In this document: one piece after another, positions 38,926-51,234 of the stretch
How positions within the stretch are numbered: the first letter of the stretch is position 1
Layout: each line of letters starts with the position of its first letter
Assembly (NCBI GenBank): GCA_038087875.1
Contig: CM075990.1
Span: 9,054,001 to 9,118,000, forward strand
DNA: 64,000 nucleotides
Direction of reading: 5' to 3'
DNA from: Malacoraja senta
Lineage: Eukaryota
Notes under the pieces: generated by a model
Database searches by the model: none
The model's input: the letters and a program-made list of their open reading frames with translations, nothing else
What the model was told of the DNA's origin: nothing
Made by a program: the position numbers and the translations under genes

Positions 38926-38989
38926 ACCTTGGGTGAGGCGCAAACTCTTCTAAACTCGCAAATTAGGTTGCCATAGTGGGATAGGCCCT
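38212..38989. mobile_element. Composite Harbinger-like MITE region with an internal G-run tract and (TG)n
   Basis: tta agcccctgtcccact at 38568-38585 and agtgggataggccct at 38975-38989 share the TIR core with 24885. Internal inverted ttgcgccccacc/ggtgaggcgcaa; purine tract 38212-38285; (TG)n about 38826-38922. Confidence 0.65.
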
Positions 38990-39079
38990 TAGGGCTCTTG
39001 CTGGTTACTGATTATATTATGGATTTTTTTCTTCAATTAGTGAGCAAGATAAAGAAATTTAAAAATGATTTAAAAATTG

Positions 39080-39665
39080 TCAAGTGGTACCGAGGGAGGA
39101 GGAAACTTCCAAACTCAGGAGAATGTGAATAATTTGGTCAATTGTGCAGGAAAGGGGGCAGGACAGGACAATTGGGGAGGACAGGAAGATCAGCAAATTA
39201 AGAAAGCAAAAGGATGCTTCATTTTATTGTCAGACATACAATATAAGAGCATGAAAGTTGTGGAATGAAAGCATGGAAGAGTACAATTCTACTTAGGTAC
39301 AACAGAAGTACTGTATACAATTCGGGTCACCATTGTACAGGAAATATATAATTGTACATGAGATGGTGCAGTGGTAATTTATAAGAATGTTGCCCAGGAC
39401 TAAAAATTATTAATTATGAGGAAAAGTTGGATAGGCTGGGAAATTATTTCTGTCATAGGAAAGATCCATTTCCCATATGTGTGTCAAAATACAAAGGACA
39501 TAGACTTGGTAATTGGTAAACTTGAGGAAAGATGAAGCAATTTTGTGTAATCCAGAGAGTGCAGGGTTCTCAAACTCATTGCCAGAGAGGGCAATAGAAA
39601 CAAAAACAATCATCATATTTTAATAGTCAGTAGGGTTATGGATCAAGTGCTGGAAAATGGGATGA
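39080..39665 (+). mobile_element. Old CR1 LINE fragment
   Basis: gtactgtatacaattcgggtcacc, ttatgaggaaaagttggataggctggg and aactcattgccagagagggcaatag. Confidence 0.65.
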
Positions 39666-41239
39666 TGTTGTGTAGATCATTTTTAGTTGTGTCATAACTT
39701 TTTAATAATGTTATTCATAGATTTGTTTAATGTTGTGAAGGTAAGAACATATTGATTGGCAACCATGAAACACATTTTAGCAGAGCATGTTTCATTATGA
39801 TTCTTAGTGTCCAAATAAAAGATGGAATATGCATATCTAAAAGGGTTTCCTTGGCTTAAGGGTTCATTTGTGGAGCTGGGAGGTGTGGGGGCAGTGGTAT
39901 GGGGGCTTGTTGGTGGGCTTAGTTAGTGGGAATTATCCTTCAGCAGGAGTTCAAGTTTAGCCACGATCTTTTTAAACTCAAAGTACAGCCTAGTCTGTAC
40001 TTCACACTAGGCAGGGAGTGATGCTCAATGGAATGGGCAGCATAAGATGCAGCTTTGGTGTTGAAGCATTACTTACAAATCATATGTCCGATTTCAGTTG
40101 ACATGTCGAGTTTTTCTGTCTAACAAACTCGAAATTTGACTCAATGAGCATTTATCATTTTCATGGAAACCAAAAAAAAGGATTTTGCAGATATGGCAGA
40201 AATGCTTGAACACAAATTATTGGCAAACTAACATTTAACCAAGATTAAGGAAAGCACAGAGAAAAAAAGACACAATGAAAGACAAAGAATCGTTGTCAAA
40301 CAGCTGACAATGAGAAAATGAAGAATAAGAGCAAGGATTTTATGGGAAGTTTTGGTAACACATGTTCCATCTTGTTATTTTAAAGATGGATTTGCACTAC
40401 ATTTCATAGTCGTTTAGATGCCTATCACATGCACAACACTGTTATAGGACTGTTAACATTGATGTCTGTAGCTTGCCAATTGTCCTGGCCTGTAATGATA
40501 AAATTGCATCTGAACACTTGCCTTATGCTGTGGTATACATCTTTACAGGCTGAACTGCAGTGGCAGTCAATCAATTCCAATATTGTTCCACAGGGGATTA
40601 CACTCCTGTGTCATCCTTTTAATTACTGGCAGGTCTGAGTTCATTTTAGTATGCTGCCTTGTAAAGATTTCTGTCCCATTATTTTTACGTTGACTATATT
40701 TCTCCTAGTCATCAATTTATTCTCCAAATAACTTCACTGAATGCTAGATTAGATTACCAATTAGTCAGTTCCAAGTATCCCTTAATGTCTATGAAACGTA
40801 ATGTTAAAAATGAAAATTTTAATTCTATTTGAATAGTCATTTATCAGTGACAGCAAAGTATGTAATTATGTCTTTTCTGAAAACATTGACCAATAGTACA
40901 TTTTTAATGTATTATCGACTGCCAGAATTTAGTGCAGTCTAATCCAGTGAATACAGATGGCCGAGGGTGTAGCAAAACTGCAGACATAAGCCATAAATCA
41001 ATTTGACTTTTATTGAAGCACGGATTCAAGTATTCTTAACAAAAATTAAATCTCATTTTTAATTATTTTGCCGAAGTGCAGGCAAATGGGATTAATGCAG
41101 ATGGCAAAATGGTCGGCATGGGCATGGCATGAGGGAAGGCACACTTCTGTGATGTACACCTCGAATAGGTAAACTAAATGTTTATGTTGGGTATCTATTC
41201 TAAGTTTTGATCTTGAATTTTCTGCTCCAATGAACTTTA

Positions 41240-41580
41240 GGATAGATAGGTATGGTTTATTATTGTTACGTGTACTGAGATACAGTGAAAAGTTTATTTG
41301 TGTGCTATCCAGTCAAAACTTGCTTAACAGGAGTACAATTAAGTCATACAACAGGAGGAGCAAAGAGAAAAAATACCAACACGCAGAATATAGTATTATA
41401 GCATTATAACAATACAGTTACCGATAAAAAGTGCAAGGTCCACAATGAGATGGGTTGGAGAGTCAGGACCACAACTACTTTATGAGAGAACCATTCAGTA
41501 ATCTGATAACAGTGGGGTCCTGAATCTGGTGCACATGTTTTCAAGCTTTTGTATCTTCTGTCCAACAGGAGGCAGGAGGA
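41240..41580 (-). mobile_element. L2/Rex1-like LINE 3' UTR remnant
   Basis: ggtttattattgttacgtgtactgagatacagtgaaaag...ttttcaagcttttgtatcttctg. Confidence 0.55.
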
Positions 41581-42569
41581 AAGAGTAAGACTGGGGTGAA
41601 AATGGTAAACTCTAACTTTTGCTTTACAATGAAGCCTCCAATAATATTCCTCTATTAATGGGCACTTGACAACAAGCGACTTGATTAGTCTGGAATCAGT
41701 GAAAGACATCAGAAATTCATTACGTGAACGTGACATATTTAAGCTCATACTGACCTTACTTTCGACTGATACATCTTCATTTACTTTACTCAGACATCAG
41801 AGAATAAGCTAGTGGCTGGTAAGGTTAGCTAGGTTGCTGGACAGCACTGAATCATGTGAAAGGAACATATGAAAAGCTAGTGGCCTATACGAAAATTAAA
41901 TATGGTGAAATAAATCAAATTATTGATTGAAAATTACATTTTAATATAGGTTCCCCTGAACATTCTTCATTCTACAAAGTATGTACGGTGCAATATACAA
42001 GATCAATACGAACCACCGGATACTCGCACATAAAATTATACTTATAATATTGTTCATATTCGAACAGCTGCTGATTGGAGATGGAACATTTATATCCAAT
42101 CTTCAGGTAAATGCAGTTTGTGATGTGGGTCAGTCCCCTTGCGATTAAGTTACAAGAAATGTTGAAACATGACGGAGATTGACAACAATGTGATTGAATC
42201 ATGTTCATGACTTAAAAGAAACGAGTACAAATGAAATAATACTTTATAAAGACAAACTGATGGCATGTTCATAAAATCAACTAGAGCAGTGGTGTGTTGG
42301 AAGAAAGGATGATTGTATTCAAAGTTCCAGGGCAGAGAACTGAAACATGTCAGTAGGGAAGGATGGTAACAGTATGTGCAATAATATAGAGATAATTTTT
42401 GCCATTGGGGCACAAATGCATGACACCTAACATGTTATGCAAGTTATATATGATGGCAACCATAATAAAACCTCATTATAATGGACCATAGGGGAGGGGG
42501 TGTGCCATTATTGCCGATTATCCGTTATAACCGAATAAAGTATCATTGTACATAGTTTGAAACAAACAA

Positions 42570-42720
42570 CTACAGATGGTGCTTAATACCCAAAAGGACA
42601 CAAAGTGCTGGAGTAACTCAGTGGGTTGGGCAGCATCACTGGAGAATATGGATAGGTGACGTTGGGATCTTCGGACTGATTCAGTCTGCCGAGTTACTCC
42701 AGCACTTTGCGTCTATCTGG
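42570..42720. mobile_element. Fold-back Penelope-derived repeat
   Basis: acacaaagtgctggagtaactc ... gagttactccagcactttgcgt. Confidence 0.75.
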
Positions 42721-42835
42721 GGTGTTAAGGGTTGGGGAAGGAGTTCGTGGGTTTGAGGGAGGAAGGGTCTCCATAATTTGGGTATTTTGTCATTGTGCTA
42801 TACATACAAGGGAAAAAAATCACATTCATGCTGGT

Positions 42836-43480
42836 ATCCCATTTTAGAGGTGGCAAAAATGTCGGAGGATGATGTGTTGTATGCAACAGCTGATGGGGTG
42901 AAAGGTGAGGACTTGGGGGACTCTGTCCCTGATGCGACTGGGGAGAGGGGGAGCAAGAATGGAACTATGGGATACAGAGGAGACATGTGTGGGGGCCTCA
43001 TCTGTGATAGAAGAAGGGAACCCCTATTCCCTAAAGAATGGGAACATCTCAGATGTCCTGGTATGGAACACCCCACCTTGGGAGCAGATGCGGCAGAGAC
43101 GGATGAATTGGGAGTAGGGGATAGAGTCTCTGCAGGAGGCAGGGTGGGAAGAAGTGTAGTCCAGATAGCTGTGGGAGTCAGTAGGTTTGTAATATACGTT
43201 TACGATAGTCTATCTTCTGTGATGGAGATGGTGCAATCAAGAAAGGGGAGGGAGATATCAGAGATGGTCCAGGTGCATTTGAGTGCAGTGTGGAAGTTAG
43301 TAGAGAAGTTAATAATGTCCATGAGTTCTGGATGGGTGCAGGAGGTAGTCCCGATGCAGTCGTCAATGGATTGGAGATAGAGTCCGGGGATAGGGCTAGT
43401 ATATGCCTGGAACAGAGAATATTTGATGTACCCAATAAAAGGCAGGCTTTGCTTGGACCCATGCAAGTGCCCGTAGCTCT
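42836..43480 (-). pseudogene. Penelope-like element (PLE) reverse transcriptase remnant
   Basis: Minus frames give MGPS.ACL..GY.....FQAY...LYLQSIDDCIG...NFHTALKCTWTISDISLPFLD, a PLE RT with a degenerate YIDD, followed by decayed PLE linker sequence. Confidence 0.85.
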
Positions 43481-44083
43481 TGACTTGGCATTGGACTAAA
43501 AGGTATAAAAAATAATAATGAAATAACTTGAGAGAAGAAGTGTGGACTTCAGAAGAAAGATTTTCAACATTTATAATTCATAGAAATAATGATCAGGATT
43601 TAATTACCCTTATGATGAAATGTTGTTCATTAAATTGACTTAGATTTCTGAAAGACATCTGATACCGATTCTGATGGCAATGAATCAGTGGTCCACAAGT
43701 TAAAATGAAGGCTCATAGTCTACTGTTATAGCTATAGGATATGCAGCAAAAATAATGGGGAATTTATGATGTCAAGAGCTCCTCTGATAATCGTTGACCC
43801 AGCAGACACTGGTCAACTATCTTTAACAAACGTCCAAACCTCTTCATCTCCTGAATTTTTGGTACACTGCATTTAGACAATTCATTTCAGCGTATGCACG
43901 TTCTTCATTTTTCTTATTTATCTATGTTTCAATTCCAGCAAAATCAAATCATTGGATTTTATTCTATTTTGGTAGTGTCTAAATCTTAATCATTAAGGTT
44001 TTCAATTAGAATACTTCACATAATTTTGATATAAATTATTGGTTAGGTTAGTTACCAAAATAATCATTTGGGGATTTTTATGA

Positions 44084-44278
44084 GTAGGAAGGAACTGGTT
44101 TAAAACGAAGATAGACACAAAAAGCTGGAGTAACTCAGCAGGACAGGCAGCATCTCTGAGAGAAGGAATGGGTGGCGTTTCGGGTCGTGACCAGCCTGAA
44201 GAAGGATCCTGACCCTAAACGTCACCCATTCCTTCTTTCCAAAGATGCTCTTACTCCATCTTTTTGTAACTATCTTGG
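44084..44278. mobile_element. Fold-back Penelope-derived repeat
   Basis: agaaggaatgggtggcgtttcgggtc ... cctgaagaaggatcctgaccctaaacgtcacccattccttct. Confidence 0.8.
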
Positions 44279-46798
44279 GATTATTTATCTTCACTTTCAA
44301 TTAAAGCAACCAATAGTACATGAATCAAAATGCTTTGATCATTCCACACAGCAGTGTTCTCTAATTACTTGTTAGAATTAGACGTGTGCCTGCATTGGCG
44401 CACATGGATTGGCCTCCCGCATTTTATCTGAAATTTAGTATTGTTTGTTTGACTATTTCTCACTGTACATTTATTGGCCAATTTTACCACCCTCATAAAA
44501 AGTTCCATGTTCAGAAATTATTTAAAATGTGACTGTAAAAAAATGTCAGAATTCCATCAAAACTTTAATTCCTCCTTTGGCACGTTGTCTGAATTAAAAA
44601 TATGCACACCCACTCAAGGGCTTCTGGTTCAGAGGCTGCAAAACCCAACCTTTCCCACCTCTGCTGGATAATTGACCTGATGACAGGAATTGAATTGGGC
44701 CAATTAACAATATTACAAGTAGTTGGGGAAGTTGTTACTGAGGAGACAACAACTGCATATTAATAGACACTTGGTTGTGATGGATGAGTTGGGATGAAGG
44801 GCCTGTTTCTGTGCTACATGCTTCTGTGACTCTACTGTAGTGCAAGGCTGTATCAGAAGCAGAAATCAGGGACTGTATGGCACCAGTCACATTTCAGAAG
44901 CTACTTTGCCTTCCAGGCTATGCGAAGTGTTCAAAGGATTAAAACAACTATCACAAAATAGGAAAGTGAACACCATACACTGCTGAAACACCTATTTACA
45001 GATTCCCACATATGGATCGGTGAGTGGTCTGTGAATGTTAAGAAAATACAAACAAGGAGACTGATATTACAGCCAGCCAGAGGCAGTCTCTGTTGGTCAC
45101 CAGCAAAGCACGGCACCCACTGTATCTGTCAGAATGCAGCCACAACTGTGCTCCTGGAATGACTGATTTTAGGATGAACTAAACCAGCAAGAGCTAAGGG
45201 ACAACACTTGTAACACTCACTGAGATTCAGTAAACAGCAGCCTGGGAAGTTAGTTTATTTAACCAAGACCAAGACTGAATAAATTGAAAGGTATAAGACA
45301 GTGGACATGTGGTTACAGTGAGATAAGAAACAATGGGTTTGCTGTAAGACATCTCCAATTCCATCCAAGTCTTCAGCATCAGGCTTCTGCTGTATTGGTA
45401 ATAGAAAATAACTAAAGGCCCAGTTTAAGACACAAATACCTAAATGGCATGGCTTGGTCATGGGCCCCATATTGTGAACAAGGTCCTTGCCTATGCAATC
45501 AATTCCACAAATCTCTGTATATAATTGGCACAATATCAATAACTAGGATACTTCTCAATTGAAGTTAAAAACAGAGATGATACTTTGGCAACCAATAGGC
45601 TATGGGATGACAATGGCCACTATTGGTTGGATTTGGACTGTACTAGCAATCTATACTATTTTATTGGAAAAAACAGAAAGAATAGGAGGGAGATGAATCT
45701 GAGGAATAGAATTTAACTCCTCACTAAATACTGAACAGCACAAGAACTTGGGATTGCAGAGAGAACCAAGAAACAACAAAAACAAGGAGAGATGCCAAGT
45801 ATGGGACTCAGAGAACAAATAAAAGTCACAATTCTGACTAAAACGATTCAACTCATGTCTTGATGATTGTATACGGTGCAAGAGTTCTTGTATACTATCT
45901 TTGCAATCTAAGAGTTTGAATAAGGCAAAGTATATCTTTCTCCAGCTGTCAATGGTGTGCATCAAATAAAACCATGATTTCAACATAAATGGAGTCAGAG
46001 ATTAAATGGAGTATAACACTACTACCTCATTTAGAAATAAGTTAAATCAGCACCAGTAAGGATTTGAACACAGGTCCACAGGTTTTTGATATTTAGAGGC
46101 AATATACCTTGAAAATAATGCAGTCATACTCATCTGTACATTTACTGCACTATAGACTGAAAGAAAAGTCAATAAATAACAAGTACATATGTAAATAAGT
46201 AACGATTTGGAGAATATGATAAGAGTAATTGTGTAATAATGATCCGAAAAATTGTTGGTCTTTATGAAAAATTAAACTATGAATCAGCATTTGGACTTGG
46301 ATTTTATTTGACTTTTAATAATAATGATCATTAATGTGGAATGAGGAACATCTGTGATTTAATTCAAATGTGTAAGTAGTTTTATTTTTAACATCTCAAT
46401 TATAAACAATGCCAATGGTGAAATTATGACAAACCATGAAATCATAGATAATTATCACAGGCTTATTAAGCAGTACCTGTCCCAGATGCGCAGCAATCTT
46501 ATAACTGGCTAAATTGTTGCCTTGTCAAATCTCAGCAGGACCAATCACAAAAAGCAGTGGAAGCATTATTCTTCCATGCTGTTGTCTCAAGAACTATGTG
46601 ATTCCATGCCTTTGTCCCAGTGATAATATGTTACAACTTGCCCTCATGAATAATCTATTTTCTAGTTCAAATGTTGAGATGCAAATATGTCAGGGTGTAG
46701 GGGTAGGGAACAGTCAATAAAAGGAGTCGGAACATGGTACGGTGAAGCAGCACACCAGGATTTTAACATGAATACCCAAGTAAGCTTGTTCAATATTC

Positions 46799-46959
46799 TG
46801 TAGGAAGGAACTGCAGATGCTGGTTTAAACCGTAGACACAAAAAGCTGGAGTAACTCAGCGGGACAGGCAGCATCTCTGGACTGGAAACGTCACCCATTC
46901 CTTCTCTCCAGAGATGCTGCCGGTCCCGCTGACTTCCTCCAGCTTTTTGTGTCTATCTT
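46799..46959. mobile_element. Fold-back Penelope-derived repeat with 49-bp arms
   Basis: Arms 46833-46881 and 46907-46955 are 46/49 complementary. Confidence 0.85.
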
Positions 46960-46989
46960 TACTTCACTGTTGTTATAGGTACTAGGTCA

Positions 46990-47320
46990 TGGTCATCGAG
47001 CTTAGAAAATGCTTCAAAACACCATTCATACTGGCCATCAAGCATCCACCTATACTAATCCCATTATATTCTCTCTATTTTTCCATCACTCACACCCCAC
47101 CAAATTCTACCACACATCTATACACAAAATTTACACTCATCAATTAATCTATCACCTGCCCATATCTGAGATGTGGAGGAAATTGGAATATTTGGGGGAG
47201 ACACATGGTCAAAAGAAGAGCATGCAAACTTTACACAGACAGCACCAGTGGTCAGGATTGACCTGGATTGCTAAATTTACAAGGCAGCAGCTCTACTAGC
47301 TGCTTCACCATTCTACCCAA
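46990..47320 (-). mobile_element. Decayed HE1-like SINE
   Basis: gatgtggaggaaattgga...tgcaaactttacacagacagcacc...gtcaggattgacctgg...aggcagcagctctac. Confidence 0.65.
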
Positions 47321-47503
47321 CTATTCAATTGATATATTACCTGCAATGCTGAGGGCATTGACATTATTCCAGAATCAACTGGGGATACTCATTCTTTCTT
47401 CCCAGTGCTATTAAAATAATTACCTGGCCATTCATTACAATTGTTTTTCTGACCATATTTGCCTCCCTGCCATGCCGGCTGTGACTCAGAGAGGTACTTC
47501 TCT

Positions 47504-48340
47504 TGTAGAAACATGGAACAGCAAATGTTGGTTTACAAAGAAAGAGACACAAAGTGCTGGAGTCACTCGGTTATCTCTGGGGAACATAGGTCACATTTTG
47601 GGTTGGGACTGTTCTTCAGAATGATTGTGGGGGGACGGTGGGGCGGAATAAAGCTGGAAGAGAGGGGCAAGACAGCATGTGGCAGGTAATGGGTGCACAC
47701 AGGTGAGGGAAAGGGGTTTATAGGGCCAGAGATAAATAAAAGATGTAAAATTAAACGATTGCAGTGTTGCAAATTATGAAACCAAAGGAAGGAATGTAGG
47801 TGATGGGAAAATGGAAAAATATCGCTGCGAGTCCCGGTGTGGCGCAGGAGTGGGGTGGGGGTGTGGAAAAAAGGCGGTGGGGGGAGGGGGGATTTGTTAG
47901 AGATTAACTAAAATTGGAGAATTGTATGTTCATACTGTTGGGTTTGTAAGCTATACAAGTGGAATATGAGGTGCTGTTCCTCCAGTTTGCGTATGGACTC
48001 ACACTGGCCTGGGACAAAAAAAGTTAGTATGAAGTTAGAGAAGGTGCACATAAACCTCTGACACACATGGAAGGACTGCTGGGGTCCCTGCATGGAAGCG
48101 AGGGAGGGGGTATAGGGACAGGTGTTACATCTTCTGCGGTTGCAGGGGATGGTATCTGGGGAGGGGGTGGTTTGGGTGGGAAGTGATGAGTGAACCAAGG
48201 ATTTGCAGAGCGTGTAGTCTATGTGGAAGGCAGAAAGGGATGGAGAAGGAAGATGTGACTGGTGCTGAGATCACGTTGGAAGCAACAGTAATGTCGGAGG
48301 ATAATGTGCTTGAAGCAGAGGCTGGTGGGATGAAAGATGA
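47504..48340 (-). mobile_element. Penelope-like element 3' part: GIY-YIG endonuclease remnant, 3' UTR and terminal repeat with hammerhead-like motif
   Basis: ORF 47908-48198 encodes PCNRRRCNTCPYT...GPQQSFHV...RKLEEQHLIFHL. Downstream in sense, about 47585-47622 reads ctgaagaacagtcccaacccaaaatgtgacctatg. Confidence 0.85.
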
Positions 48341-48897
48341 GGGCAGAGACAGAGGAATTGAGCCATCTCTTGGAATCAGAAAGTTGTGCACTTTAGTGAT
48401 ATCAGAGAATTGATGACCAATCTAGTTGGATGTTTATGTGGAGTTTTGTGAGAATTCGGCGCTGATGCGGGGGTTTCAATTGTGAATGGATTGTGAAGAT
48501 AACTGTCTCATCCTTCATTGTGGATATTATCGAAAGATTCACTAATCAACAATTTCCTCCATCACACTTCAATACGACAAATAAAGGTTCTGAAATGTGC
48601 TAACAAAATCCATTTATTTTTGTTTGTTTTGTTCTATAATGTAAAGTTAATAATCAGAATGTCACTTCCTCTATGCACAATGATTTATCTGTCAGTGCCA
48701 CTGCAGTAGATACGAGGATGAGAATGCTGTTTCATCAGCAGTTCTTTGTATGACTCATGTATTTTATATAAATCACAGATCTTTACAGACAGATATACTG
48801 CAGTATATATTAAACAACGAATGCAGTATATATTAGACATAAGTAAAGGGCTCTTTCTGTCTTTACTGTTCAAACGAGGAGTGTACCTTCTTTGATA

Positions 48898-50558
48898 CAG
48901 TGCCCTCCATAATGTTTGGAACAAAGACCCATAATTTTTTTTATTTCCCTCTATACTCCACGATTTGAGATAAATTTGAGATAATAGAAAAAAAAAAATC
49001 ACATGTGGTTAAAGTGCACGTCAGATTTTAATAAATGCCATTTTTATACATTTCGGTTTCACCATGTAGAAATTACAGCAATGTTTATACATAGTCCCCC
49101 TACTTCAGCGCACCATAATGTTTGGGACACAGAACTATCATGTAAATTAAAGTAGTCATGTTTAGTATTTTGTTGCATATTCTTTGCATGCAATGACTGC
49201 TTGAAGTCTGCGATTCATGGACATCACCAGTTGCTGGGTATCTTCTCTGGTGATGCTCTGCCAGGCCTGTATTGCAGCCATTTTTAGCTTATGCTTGTTT
49301 TGTGGGCTAGTCCCCTTCAGTTTTCTCTTCAGCATATAAAAGGCATGCTCAACTGGGTTCAGATCGGGTGATTGACTTGGTCACACAAGAATTGACCATT
49401 TATTTCGTTTTGAAAAACTCCTTTGTTACTTCAGCAGTCTTTTTGGGATCATTGTCTTGCTGTAGAATGAGCTGTCGCCAATTGAGTTTTGAGGTGTTTG
49501 TTTGAACTTGAGTAGATAGGATGAGTCTATACACTTCAGAATTCATTATGCCACTACCATCAGCAGTTGTAACATCAATGAAGACAAGTGAGCCAGTACC
49601 TTCAGCAGCCATACATGCCCAGATCATAACACCCCTACCACCGTGTTTCACAGATGAGGTGGTATGCTTTGGATCTTGGGCAGTTCCTTCTCTCCTCCAT
49701 ACTTTGCTCTTGCCATCACTCTGATATAAGTTCATCTTCGTCTCATCTGTACACAAGACCTTTTTCCAGAACTGTGGTTGCTCTTTTAAATACTTCTTGG
49801 CAAACTGTAACACGACCATCCTATTTTTGCGGCAATCTAGTGGTTTGTATCTTGCAGTGTAGCCTCTGTATATCTGTTCTTGAAGTCTTCTGCGGACAAT
49901 AGTTATTGACAAATTTACACCTGGCTCCTGAATGTTTCTAATCTGTTTTTTTTTTGTTTTTGTTTAAAAAAAAAAATATTATAGAGAGAATTCTTCTGTC
50001 ATCAGCTGTGGAGGTCTTCCTTGGCCTGTCAGTCCCTTTGCGATTAGTAAGCTCATCAGTGCTCTCTTTCTTCTTAATGATGTTCCAAACAGTTGATTTT
50101 GGTAAGGCTAAGATTTGGCTTGTCTCTAACAGTTTTATTCTTGTTTCTCAGTCTCATAATGGTTTCTTTGACTATCAGTGGCACAACTTAGGTCCTCATG
50201 TTGATAAACAGCAATAAAAGTTTCCAAAGGTGATGGAAAGACTGGAGGAAAGACTAAGTGCTGAGAGCTCTCTTATACCTGCATTAAGGAGGCAATTAAA
50301 CACACCTGGCAAATACAAACACCTGTGAAGCCATGTGTCCCAAACAGTATGGTGCCCTGAAATGGGGGGGTCTATGTATAAACACAGCTGTCATTTCTAC
50401 ATGGTGAAACCAAAATGTATAAAAATACCCTTTAATAAAATCTGGCAATGTGCACTTTAACCACATGTGATTTTTTCTATTACAAATCTCAAATTGTGGA
50501 GTACTGGGGCAAATAAATAAATGATGGGTCTTTGTCCCAGACATTATGGAGGGCACTG
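48898..50558 (-). mobile_element. Full-length IR/DR Tc1 transposon, second family (1661 bp), decayed
   Basis: TA TSDs; ends cagtgccctccataatg / cattatggagggcactg; about 230-bp inverted repeats with inner direct repeats near 49111 and 50335. Confidence 0.95.
49162..50199 (-). pseudogene. Tc1 DD34E transposase pseudogene
   Basis: ORF 49400-49912 has TDETK and QQDND. After a frameshift the sequence continues [11 protein letters not shown]...VIACKEYATKY*. Several stops and frameshifts. Confidence 0.9.
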
Positions 50559-51027
50559 TATATCATGACCTGCTCAGATAGAACAGTACAGCATAGGAAC
50601 AGGCTCTTTGGCTCACACGTCTGTGTGGAACATGATGTCAAATTAAACAAACCCTTTCTGCCTGTATGTGATCTATATCCCATTTTTCACATATTCATTT
50701 GCCCATCTAAAAACCTCTTAAAGGACACTATCATATATTTCTTCAATTATTAATTCTGTTGAAATCTTTATGAACATGTAGAGTTACTTATTAGTTTGTA
50801 ATTATTAGACTAGCAGATATTTTTTCCATAGTTACTTTATTATCTCTCTCCTACGCTCTGTTTCTCCAATCATTTTTCTGAAAACTCAACAAAAGTTAGG
50901 TTCAGATATTTAATATTGCTGCACTGATGGCTGTGCTTTCGTTTGGCTGCAAGCTGCAAAACAACATTTATACCATGGCTGTTTGTTTGGGTTTGTAACC
51001 TCTTTGCTTCTGGTTTCAATGGAGTTG

Positions 51028-51234
51028 TAGATTGACACAAAATGTGGGATAGACAGGCAGCAACTCTAGATGGAAGGAATGGGTGATGTTTTAGGTCAAG
51101 ACTTTTCTTCAGACTGATCTCGACCCGAAACGTCACCCATTCCTTCTATCCAGAGATGCTGCCTGTCCCGCTGAATTACTCCAGCATTTTGGGTCTATCT
51201 TCAATGTAAACCAGCATCTGCAGTTCTTTCCTAC
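51028..51234. mobile_element. Fold-back Penelope-derived repeat
   Basis: gaaggaatgggtgatgttttaggtcaagacttttcttcagactgatctcgacccgaaacgtcacccattccttc...cagcatctgcagttctttcctac. Confidence 0.85.

Noticed and set aside
42068..42106. Possible 39-nt plus-strand exon (cag|...cag|gtaaat)
   Set aside because: Weak pyrimidine tract, unrecognised peptide, and opposite strand to the better exon candidate.
42461..42552. pogo/Tigger-like TIR remnant (aaacctcattataatggacc...ccgttataaccga)
   Set aside because: Too short and degenerate to define termini or a TSD.
42778..43380. 200-aa plus-strand ORF
   Set aside because: It is antisense to the Penelope RT remnant, starts at TTG and has no recognisable domain.
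45640..46000. Possible LTR end with PBS-like sequence (caaca taaa tggagtcaga)
   Set aside because: No second LTR, no TSD and no gag/pol sequence follow, and the PBS match is poor.
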